Source: Octopus bimaculoides (taxonomy: Eukaryota). From it: a stretch of DNA of 64,000 nt. The stretch spans positions 92,032,459 to 92,096,458 of the forward strand of contig NC_068988.1 in assembly GCF_001194135.2 (NCBI RefSeq), given 5' to 3'. Below, in pieces: positions 53,040 to 64,000 of the stretch (the first letter of the stretch is position 1; the number at the start of each line of letters is the position of its first letter). The notes beneath the pieces were generated by a model. It made no database searches. It saw only the letters and a list, made by a program, of their open reading frames with translations, and was not told the DNA's origin. The position numbers were made by a program, and so were the translations under genes.

Positions 53040-53270
53040 ATACGTAAATAGAAATCACCACTAATCCCAAAGAAACAGAAAATCATGAAAAAATATCATT
53101 GTTCCAAAAATACTTTTGTTTCATCCAAAAGAAAAGATTTGAAAATGTAGATCTTTTTGATGGTCACTCATCTAAACAAATTAAATACTGGACTAATGCT
53201 TATTATGGGAACAAAAGGATGCAACTAAGACCTGAGCAATCTGCTTTATCTCATGGCACACACATTTAAT
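53040..53270 (+). pseudogene. Possible pogo/Tigger (DDE_1) transposase remnant
   Basis: Stop-free stretch ...YFCFIQKKRFENVDLFDGHSSK..., resembling the DDE_1 motif LILDGHSSH. Confidence 0.35.
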
Positions 53271-55444
53271 TTATTTTGTACACCAATTCTAGTGAGTATC
53301 TTTATTTACTATACTCACATGGACCATCACTGATATACCAGTTCTAAACATAGCAATCCATTTACTACATCTATATTAGTTGTAATCAACCACCCTCTTC
53401 TACATTTGAGGCTATATATTACTTACCCTACATTATGTGTTACAGCTTTCTATAATATAATACAGATACACCACTTCCCAAACACAAGAAGCTTATGCTT
53501 CCACTTGCCAAGGTGCTACTATGGTTTTAATAGATTAATCGTAATATAGATGTTAATCATTTAAAACTATTTTCGCTGTCTCCTTATAGTTATACACATC
53601 TATCTTATGTAAATAAACACCCAGTTGTAATTTACATAAGTACATTTGTTATACACCTGTCTCCCTGTTGTTAAATGCCTGTTATATATGCGCCCCTCTT
53701 CACATTCTATGAATACTTCTCTGTAAAATAAATAATAGTGGGTACCTGTGGAAAATTCACAGGTCATAAACATTCAGTTTTATAGTTAATTAACCATGGT
53801 AAACTATATATAAAAGGATTAATTGAATGAAATATATGTTCTTTATCATTTAATAAAAAATAAATATACATAAAATTACACACACACAATTATATACAAG
53901 TCATGCAATTCACACATGAACAGTTAAACTTTTTATGAAGTATTCATCTTAACTAAATGACCTGTCAGTGTTTCAGCAAGATAGGGATAGTGAAGTATCA
54001 TGTCCATGTGGGGTGGGATCAAACCAAGAGAGGGGACTACCAATTATATTAGTATACACGTCCCTCTACATCAAGTGCCTGTTTATAACACGTGTGTTAT
54101 GTACTGTTACACACCCACCTGTTTCCCTAAGTACCTAATATATGCACCTCTGCCTATCTTCCCTAAGTACCTCTAATACACACCTCTTCCTTCTATAGTC
54201 CTAAGTACTTTCACACTACACTTAAGATCTACTACTTTCAACATCACACACTAGTTCATGACAAGAACACTAATATGAACTGCTCTGTATGTACACCATC
54301 ATTCTACACATGACTGTACAGGCACCTCTCCTCCAACTCCACAATTTACCTATGTACAACCTCCACTTACAACATCATCTTTCACTACATATATACATCA
54401 TTAGCAAAAATATGTAATTGATACATATGAACAAGGAAAACTCTGCATGGCCACTCAAATAAGTAAAAATAATAGCCAAATCTCTTTCAATTCTTATACA
54501 GAGTCCTCAAAAGATGGAATGTTCAAAACTGGAATGCCTACAAAAAAATACAAGTATACCTTTACCACTACACATTACAAGTTTGTGTGTGTGTATTCAT
54601 ATGGCTTAGTGGTTAGGGTATTGAGTTCATGATTGTAAGATTGTGGTTTCGATTCCTGGACCAGGTGATGCATGGTGTTCTGAGCGAAACACCCCATTTC
54701 ATGTTACTCCAGTCCACTCAGCTGGCAAAAAAGAGTAATTTTGTAATGAACTAGCATCCTGCCCAGCAGTGGGAAAATATATATATGTAACAGAATCCAA
54801 GGAAAACAGGCTTATGATCCTTTAGCTTGGGAAAGACCCTGATCCCTTCTGACATATACACATACACATCTGCCTACATACACCTCAGCCACCAAACCAT
54901 ATTTGATTACAAAATTCTGTAGTTACAAATGTAGAAAACAAAGTCAAGTTACTATTTCTATGTCCAAAGACATTACAACAAACGCCATGTGTATGGGCTC
55001 AATAATAAACTAGTTGAGATGAAGCCAACAACAGGTCTTGGTTTAATTTTTCTGGTGTTTTACTTAGAAATTGTTACATTAGTAAGTAATGAGGATGATA
55101 AACTAGTACATGACTGCACTTTTGGTTTCACAACTGAGTTCAAATCCCACAAGGACTGCTTTTATCTTTCAAATCTCTAGGGTGAATAAAGTAACTTTGA
55201 GTTGTTGTTCATGTAAAAAGATGTAAGCATATTATTTAGGGTAAAAAATGTAAACATCTGTAACGGAAAAAAAACAAAAAAGCAAATCTGTCGAAGTTCT
55301 TTGAACTATTTATTTTGCATTATGTTACAGTCACCCCCTTGTCACTACTGCTATCAGCTATGCAATAAACCAATGATTTGTTCCTTGGAAACTTTATAAC
55401 TAATAATAATATATGTCACTAAAATATGACACAAAATAAATTAA

Positions 55445-55665
55445 CCCTTTAGCATTCAGATTACTTTGTCAAATGTTATATTTATTTACACACACTGTCA
55501 TAAATTAACCATGCATTATCATGTAGCTTCAAGATTTGTAGGGTGTGATTGTTTTATTTTTAGAGTGACATTGTAGGGTAGGTGTGAGAGGCTGGATCTG
55601 GCTAGTTTGAACATAAAACAGGTGGGATAATCGGGCCGGATATGGCCAGTGTAAATGCTAAAGGG
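55445..55665. mobile_element. piggyBac-type MITE family A
   Basis: TTAA|ccctttagcattcaga ... aaatgctaaaggg|TTAA; best-preserved copy. Confidence 0.92.
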
Positions 55666-56586
55666 TTAATAAATTACTCCACTTCTCCCAAGACAAAATA
55701 ATCCTAACTAAGTATTAAAATGTGATAGAGAGTTTGGTATTTCAGTGTTATCTCAAGAAACTTTTCCTGGGGCCTTCTTTTGGTTTCTATTTAGAACTGT
55801 TTTGCCTCCATCACTACTACTGTTTGGAAAACTACAAATGTCAGAAAGTACTATTAAACTTAAAACTTCAAACTTCTGAATTGAAATATAAACTACATAT
55901 GGCTGCCAACTCAATTTTGCTTCTCAATGTTAGGAAAAGCATCCAGATGTAGAAATCAAGACAAAAATGAAATGTAAGCGAGACAAGGTCAAAGAGTGCA
56001 GACTCAGACTCTAACAGTAGTGATCCTTCAACAAATGCCACCAAAAAGATGTAAAATAACAATGGAGATTAGTCAAATGAGAAGTGTCTGTCTATCCAAG
56101 CAGAACAAGACCTTTGTTATCACAAAGTTTCTGTGATGATTAATACTGAGAAAGCAGTAAATTGGTGGAGTCATTAGAAAATAAAACAGAAATGCCTCAA
56201 AGTCCTCATTCTGGATCCCTTTGCCAAGTTCTAATCCTTCCAAGATCTCCTTTACCTTTGCTTCTTTCCGGGATGTTAATTGAAGTCCAGTACTGGAGTT
56301 GATTTTTCTAAGACAGTCTCATACTGATTTGGCCCGAGAACAACATTAAAGGTAAATATGGCTGTGTACTCGTCAGACACAGTTCAATTTTCAAAGTAGA
56401 AATCAAGTTGATCAAATAGCTGAATACCGATGAAGAACTACACCATTATTTTAGTACCAAAATAGAACTTCCTCTTACAGTTCACCCTCCACATACTCCT
56501 TCACTTACGGGTTTAAACATCCCACCCTTTCATTTTGCCTATTTTATGTTATATTCAGACAGAAGAAAAGGTCTAAACTATCTTAA

Positions 56587-56808
56587 AACTTTAGCATTTA
56601 AACAAGTCATATCCAGCCCAATATTCAACCTCTTTTCTGTGCAAACCAACCAAATTCAGCCTATCACTCCTTCCCTACAATGTCATTCTAAAAAAACAAA
56701 TGTTCACATTACCAAAACCTTGAGGCTATGAGGTAATGCATGATTAATTCAAGACAATGTGAATAAATAAGCATTACTTTCGACAGAGTGGATCTGAATG
56801 CTAAAAGG
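56587..56808. mobile_element. piggyBac-type MITE family A (opposite orientation)
   Basis: TTAA|aactttagcattta ... ctgaatgctaaaagg|TTAA. Confidence 0.85.
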
Positions 56809-57204
56809 TTAAAGAACAACACAAACATTTATGGCTTGGTAGTGTTAAGGATATCATCCAGCTATGCAAACAATTGTGCTAAAAGAACATTGTCCCACCC
56901 ATACCATGGTAAGATGAATGCAATGAATTGGTAGAATAGTTAGAATGCCAGATAAAATGTTTTGCAATATTCGTTATGACTCACTGGGCTCTAAATTTCA
57001 AATCCCTGTGACATCAAATTTGCCTTTTAAATCTTTCAGGGTCAATAAAATAATGTAGCAGTTAAGTACTGGGTTTCATTAAATCAACTAATTACACTGT
57101 AAAATCTGTGGCCTTGTGACTATGTTAGAAATAATTATTATTATTCCCAATTGAAATGAAGACACCAATTTTTGAGGTAATGATACAGTTGAACAACTCA
57201 ACTA

Positions 57205-58785
57205 TAGAAATGTTTCTAACATAGGCATAAGGCCAGAAATCTAGGTGAGGAGGTGAGTCAATTAAATCAATCTCAACACTTAATTAGTACTTTATTTTAT
57301 TGAACCTGGAAGGATGAGAAATAAAGTTGACCTCAGTGGGATTTGAACTCAGAACAAAGAGCTAACAATTCTGCTACTCCACAACCTTAACAACAATTCT
57401 TTTCACTATAGGCACATGGCCTGGAATTTGTGAGGAAGGGGAGTAATTAATTTCAGGGCTTGACTAGTACTTATTTTATTGATTCCAACTGGATGAAAGG
57501 CAAAATTGGCCTCGGCAGAATTTGAACTCAGAACGTAGAGACAGATGAAAAGCCGCTAAACATTTTGCCCATTCTGTTAACGATTCTGCCAGCTCACCAC
57601 CTTAATAATAATAATAATAATAATCCTTTCTACTAAAGGCATAAAGCTTAACATTTTGGAGGATGGGACTAGTTGATTACATCAACCCCAGGGTTTCACT
57701 GGTACTCATTTTATTGATCTTGTAGGATGAAAGGTAAAGTGACCTCAGCAGAATTTGAACTCAGAATGTAAAAACAGACAAAATGCTGTTAAGCATGTGA
57801 ATGATTCTGCCATTTTGCCACCTTAATAACAATAATAATAATCGTTTCTACTGGAGGCACAAGGCCTCAAATTTGTGGGGAGGGGACAAGTCAATTACGT
57901 CAATGCCAGTGTTTCACTGATATTTAATTTATCGACCCTGAAAGGATGAAAGGCAAAGTCAACCTCGGTGGAATTTGAACTCAGAACATAGTGACAGGTG
58001 AAATACCACTAAGCATTTCGTCCAGCACATTGACAATTCTGCCAGCTCGCTGCCTTGGAAATAATAATGGTTTCAAATTTAAGTAAAAGAACAGTAATTT
58101 TGAAGTGAGGTAGTTAGACAATACCCTCGACCCTAGTAATTGACAGGTATTTTATTTTATTGACTAGGGAAATGAAAGGCAAAGCTGGCTTCAGCAGGAT
58201 TTGAAACAGAATGTAAAGAGCTTCAACAAATATCACAAGGCATTTTTTTTTTTTGATACTCTAGCAATTATGATGACAATATAATAGTAGTTTCGAATTT
58301 TGGCACAAGGCCAGCAACTTCAGATGGGGTAAGTCAATTACATCAACTCCAGTACTTAACTGGTACTTATTTTATTGACTCTGAAAGGATGAAAGGTAAA
58401 TTTACCTTTGGTGGAACTTGCAAATTTTTGGCACAAGGCCAGCAATTTTAGGGGAGGGGGTAAGTTGATAACATTAACTCATGTACATGACCAGTACTTA
58501 TTTTATTGATTACCCCCACCCACCCACCAAAAAAAGGATGAAAGATAAAGTTGATGTTGGCACGATTTACACTCAATAACAATAATAATAATAAGCCTTT
58601 CTACTATAGGCACAAGGCCTGAAATTTTGAGGGAAGGGACAAGTCGATTATATTGACCCCAGTGCTCAACTGGTACTTATTTTTATCAATCCCAAAAGGA
58701 TAAAAGGCAAAGTTGATCTCAGAATGTAAAGATGAACGAAATGCCACTAAGAATTTTCATCTAGCATGCTAATGATTTTGCCTCA
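57205..58785 (-). repeat. Head-to-tail array of about 8 family C SINEs, preceded by one convergent plus-strand copy (~56920-57150)
   Basis: Recurrent modules ggcacaaggcc, gaaaggatgaaaggcaaagt and gaatttgaactcagaa about every 200 bp. Junctions are at (AAT)n tails, e.g. ccaccttaataataataataataatcctttctact at ~57597-57634. Confidence 0.9.
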
Positions 58786-59142
58786 AGTACAAATTTGACA
58801 AAGTAGTGTCACTGCATCTAAATCAACCAGGATTTGACTGATGCTCGTTTGAAGGAAGTCAGTAGTAGCATGATTTAAACTCCAAGTAACTAAATACTAC
58901 AACATACCACATCATCACCATTTTGATATCTAATTTATTCCATGCCCACATGGGTCAGATGGAATTTGTTGAAACAGATTGGTGGCTCCTCCTGTCACCA
59001 ATCCTCACTTGTTTCCAAGTATGGTAATATTCCTCCAATAATCAAACATGTTTTCATGGAAGATGAAGGACACTGCTTGCATGACAGTGACACTTCTTTT
59101 ACAACTATCATGTAAAGTCAAGGCAAGGAAACAATAACACAA

Positions 59143-59173
<31 letters not shown>

Positions 59174-59183
59174 NNNNNNNNNN

Positions 59184-59222
<39 letters not shown>

Positions 59223-60518
59223 TGTGTATGGTTTATTTTTACAGTTGGATGCCCTTCTTAATGCCAACCACTTTACAATGTGGACTCAATGACATTAATT
59301 ATGACTTATTTATTTAATTAAGCCTCATTTAGAAAGCAGAACAAAATGCTTAGATTGGTATAAATTCAATTGGAAGAATAATCTACCCCACAACAACCAA
59401 AGAAGAATAAAAAGAGAAAACTTGTGATATTTGATTGTACTAAATAGTACAATCAAATGAACCCAGATGAAAAGTATAGTAACAGTGCAGCTAGGGACAA
59501 TCAGCTGAGATTAAACTAATCTTAAACAACACCTCTGTATAGCTTAATTACACATTTAAATATATGTCCCATCATACATGTGAAAGCGGAAATGACTAAA
59601 TATTTACATTCGATTGATCTGAAATTAAATTTATACTTCCCCTTATTCCATCATTAGCACTGAAGAGACCAAATCTTTTTAATTCACTTGCATCAAATTC
59701 CTAGCAATTGTAATGTCATACCTTCTTTTTGTTTGTTTGTTTGTTTTTTTATTTTATTGGCTCCTTCACAGAGACTTCAGGTCATAGTTGATCGAGTAAA
59801 ACAATTTTTTTTTACTTCTTGGTAAAAATATAAGAGATATTGCAAGTGAGAGATGTTAACTGTAAACTAAGCAACATAATTACAGTATAATCACTAAAAT
59901 ACAACCACTAGCAGAACAATAAATTACCAATTCTACTTCAACTAATAAACAGTGAAAACTGAAGATAATTCAGTTTAGATTTATCTTGTCCTCTTTATGC
60001 TTTTCCATCCATTGTTTCATACTAGAATGGTTAAGACTTTTGGACCAAACGTATTACAGATCAGTAAGCATGACTCTTACCACCTGTTTTTCATTGAAGA
60101 CTAACTTCAATTCTATAATACAACCTTCCTGTTTTAAAATGATCTGAGCAAAAAAACCTTCCATGAAAATTTGTTAACCTATGCTTTAAATACCAGTTTA
60201 ACAATGACAAAGTTATTTTATTAAAATTCTTCATTATTTTAAAAATTAGTGAAACAAAATCAGTATATTTCTACAGAAATATGGTAAAAAAAAAAAAAGG
60301 GGGATTAAAATATCTTGCTTAAGAAAACCAGAATGATATTTACATAGTTTGAACTCCTGACCATACAGTCCTTAAAACAGTCATCCACAATCACGATTTT
60401 AAATAGGCAAGGGATCAGACTTAGAACAATTACAAGAGCAAGACCTTATGTAAAACAAACAGTCCATTAATATTAATACTGTCCACCATTATCATAATTT
60501 CTTTGAAAATAGTTTTAA

Positions 60519-60880
60519 CTCTTTAGCATTTAAACCAGTCATATCCAGAGCCAGATCCAGCCTCTCACACCTACCCTACAATGTCATTCTAAAAATAAAC
60601 AATCACAATACTGGAATAATGCATGATTGATTGTTGTCATCATGTAAAAAGCACTGGTGCTAGTACCACATAAAAAGCACCTAGTACACTCTGTAGAGTG
60701 GTTGGCATTAAGAAGGGCATCCAACCTAGAAACCAGGCCAAAATAGACTATGGAATCTGGTGTGGTCCCTGGCCTTACTAGTTCCTATCAAGTCGTTCAA
60801 CTCATGCCAGCATGGGAAACAGACACTAAATGTTGATGATGACGACAATGATTTGACAAAGTAATCTGAATGTTAAAGGG
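60519..60880. mobile_element. Family A MITE with a family R retroposon inserted (~60635-60848)
   Basis: TTAA|ctctttagcattta ... tgaatgttaaaggg|TTAA. Internal aaaagcacctagtacactct...aagaagggcatcc...gatgatgacgac. Confidence 0.8.
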
Positions 60881-61304
60881 TTAAAACTATCCCCTTATCA
60901 TGGACTGAGCTAGTTGGGAAAAACATAAAGATATTGATAAATATTATTTGATAATCTGCACTGCCATTCAATAAAATACAGAGACAAAAAAAAATAATAA
61001 AACAAACATTTTGTTGATGACTCAAGTTAAACAGAGAGACAATGAAAGCAGGAACTCAATCTGGAACGAAAAAACAGAAATAGACTACACCACCATCATC
61101 ACCACCACCACGAGAGAGAGAAAACACTTGTGACCTGACCACTAAAACTGGTTTAGAGAGAGAGAAAAGAGAATATCAGAACTCATAATCCAAGCCCAAT
61201 CTATAGAAGATAAAAAGAAAGCACAATCTAAGCTATGCTATGACAATAACAAATTTAGATAGAAAATTTTGTCAGAAAACCTTACAGGTCATATCAAATT
61301 ATAG

Positions 61305-62430
61305 ACCAGGCAGGGACAATGTTTTTCCCAAGAAGCAGGTTATATGAAACATGGTGTTTCATGAGGCAAGTCACACAATCCAAAAAATTGAAGGTAATTT
61401 TTAATAAGGCATGCTATTCAAAAAATCTCATTTGCTCTGATGGTCAAATAAATCCTCTTTATATCAGCAATGGCAAATAGGTAGCAAATTGGCTCAGATG
61501 TTAGAGCATCAGCCAATGCTTGATAGTATTTGTTGCAGCTCACTGCACTCAAATCCTGCTGCAGTTGAATTTGACTTTCATACTTAGCGATGGAAGTGGC
61601 TAATAAAAAAAATACCAATCAAGTGTGATGGATTGGAGGAACTGTAAGAACGTTGGATCAACTGTCTTGCAGCTTTTGCTCTCCGAGTTGAAATCCTACC
61701 ATGGTCTGCTTAGGTGGTAAACTTAATTTGCCACTCAGTCTAACACAATCACCTGAGGCCTTGGGTGTTTTTATCAAAGTTTACTTTACTGCAAGTTTTC
61801 TTCCTCCCTTAGAGGCCTTGTAAAGAGTCATGAATACTGCAACCCCTCTCAACTAAAAGATAAAAACCACACACACACACACGCAGATGAAGAACTTGTG
61901 GATGTAACTATGATATTTCAGAGAAGGGTAGTTGCATTTAATACAGAAGAAAACTTGAATTAATACTTGAAATAAATAAATAAATAGTTTAGTCTTATGG
62001 CAACAAGTAGTCCTCTCATGGTACCTAGTAAGAAATATATTAATATCTGAAGTGAAGTTCCTAAAAAAATAAATATATTAATCTGCTCTAATCCCTGATG
62101 ATTCCTAGAGATCAAGTATAATATAAAGCAGATGAAATAGAAATCTACCCATGGATAAGTAAACATTTCCATATGAAATGGCAAAACATGTAGAACGGGC
62201 TTGGGCAACCCTTTTCAAGTAGCAGGCTGCATGAAACATGGCTCCATGATCAGGTTGGCTGCACTACTAAAAAAAATTTCAGACTAGGTAACTTTTCGTT
62301 TAGGTATGCCATTCAGAAAGTCCTGTAGGCTGCAGTTTGCCCATGAACTGTTACCCATGAGATTTTCTGAATAGCATGCCTAATTAAAAATTACCGTGAA
62401 TTTTTTTGGTTGTGTGACTTGCCTCATGAT
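61305..62430. mobile_element. Three related fragments of a hAT-type MITE (61305-61433, 62196-62348, inverted 62357-62430)
   Basis: Shared heads ...agcaggtt/ctgcatgaaacatgg. 61359-61433 is an inverted copy of 62357-62430. End motif gcagtttgcccatg. Confidence 0.55.
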
Positions 62431-63351
62431 TGATATAGAACAAAGTAAGTATCTTACTCAATGAAATAAATTACCTGCAACTAACTCGGAGCGACTAATC
62501 ATAATACTAAACTATTTCACCTCTATAACATCCAAAATGCGACATCGAAACAGAAGTAGCATAGCCTAGCTAAACTACACTACCTTGCCATGTGACTGCA
62601 TGATATCACGTAACAACAAAATGCCCTGCAGCTTGTTTTGATGAACACACTGCACCCACATAGCTTGACCATTAAACTGTGCCTCCACGTATCCTGAACT
62701 GCCATACAGCACCCACAGATATCTTGACCCCCCCCCCCATCCATGCACAGCAAATACACATTTTAACCACCAATGAATAACACTCCTTCACATAGTATGT
62801 TTGCAGAGTGGGGAACAGGACGTTCACGGTTAGAATGCTGTTTCCCATAGGTTTCCTGGATCAAGACTGACCTAGGTCTAAGCAACAATAGCAAAACAAC
62901 AACACTTCTGACCATAGCAATGCCATAGCTCACCAGGGTTCTTACGACAAAAGACCAAGACCATAGAGGACTTTAGTACCCAATAGATTTTAATAAGTTC
63001 ATAAGAATGCAATCTTAACTAGTTTGTTTTGTGTGATGTTTAAAACATGTTAGTATACAATGTGCGGCAAAAGCTAATAAAATTGACTATGAAGTTATGG
63101 ACAGGGAGACAATGGAGGCCAAAATTAGTAGTAAGAAAAAAATGATCATCAATACCTTTAGATATATGTGTGTGTGCACATATATATATATATATATGGA
63201 AGTGTGTGTGTAAATAAGTATTATTAATTAATTGTGTATGACTGTCACTGTAGCAGTGTCTGCCTGTCTCCATACATGTGTACTTATCNNNNNNNNNNTC
63301 TGCCTGTCTCCATACATGTGTACTTATCTGTGTTTGAGTATATAGTAAACG

Positions 63352-63386
<35 letters not shown>

Positions 63387-63956
63387 GCATATGTGCCAGT
63401 CTATAAATGTATCTGCATGCCTTCTTGTCTTCGTACATGTGTACCTCTTGGTGTGTGTGTATTCTATTTCTGTGTGTGCTCTTTACTTCCCTGTATGTTT
63501 GCCCATGTGCCACCAAGATGGAGACAATCTATAATTTACTAGGCTTTGTTTCTAAAACATACCACTACTTCATACAGAGCGTAGAGTGAACAGTTTTTTT
63601 TTGTTGTTTTTTTTTTCAGATATATTTTTATCAAGTACTAATGTCCTCATGGTTAGTCAGTCCCTGATTAGTGCAGCGCTAGTTGGTGTGTCTCCCATTG
63701 AGTGAGGGAGAGACAGAGAGACACAACAGTCATGGTGGCGGTGAGCAGTGTGACTGGATGGATAATAATAGTATGCCTGATGACTGCACCACTCTATAAA
63801 GCACTCTACATCAGCAACAGTATGTATGTGTATATAAACACATATACGTGTCTATACACTGTATATAATAAACATACGTACACCAGATTGTATGTATTTG
63901 CATACACTGTACACACACATATACTAACATTATCTGCATATATATATATATATGTA

Positions 63957-64000
<44 letters not shown>

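Noticed and set aside
56190-56420. Minus-strand open stretches (RKINSSTGLQLTSRKEAKVKEILEGLELG; YWTSINIPERSKGKGDLG)
   Set aside because: Weak acceptor, and an alternative frame resembles the L1 PKxxGGLG motif; cannot distinguish an exon from a TE fossil.
57205-58785. Regularly spaced repeats superficially like a CRISPR array
   Set aside because: Units are diverged ~200-bp SINEs with no unique spacers, in a eukaryotic context with no cas genes.
63259-63328. Exact 30-bp direct repeat flanking a 10-N gap
   Set aside because: Most likely an unmerged contig overlap or a collapsed minisatellite, not a biological spacer-repeat structure.

Overview
AT-rich, repeat-dense eukaryotic non-coding DNA with 7 assembly gaps. 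From memory, the repeat families closely resemble those of octopus genomes; this was not verified by any search. No complete protein-coding gene is recognisable, and almost all ORFs in the track are microsatellite or N-gap artefacts or decayed transposon frames. Non-LTR retroelement remnants: RTE (1.35-3.4 kb, 29.3-30.1 kb, 36.7-37.2 kb), Tx1/L1 (24.4-25.8 kb), CR1/L2-like (31.9-32.3 kb), a HERO-like 5' fragment (16.1-16.5 kb), and a Penelope-like element (17.9-20.3 kb) with a GIY-YIG domain, an inverted pseudo-LTR and a type I hammerhead ribozyme fold. DNA transposon derivatives: two mariner derivatives, hAT and pogo-type MITEs, and about 15 TTAA-flanked piggyBac-type MITEs of two families. 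There are also many tRNA-derived SINEs, including an 8-unit head-to-tail array, and long microsatellites. Weak splice-signal evidence suggests the window lies in large introns of a minus-strand gene, with candidate exons at 45.7, 42.5, 28.7 and 12.0 kb; the gene could not be identified. All translations and alignments were done by eye.
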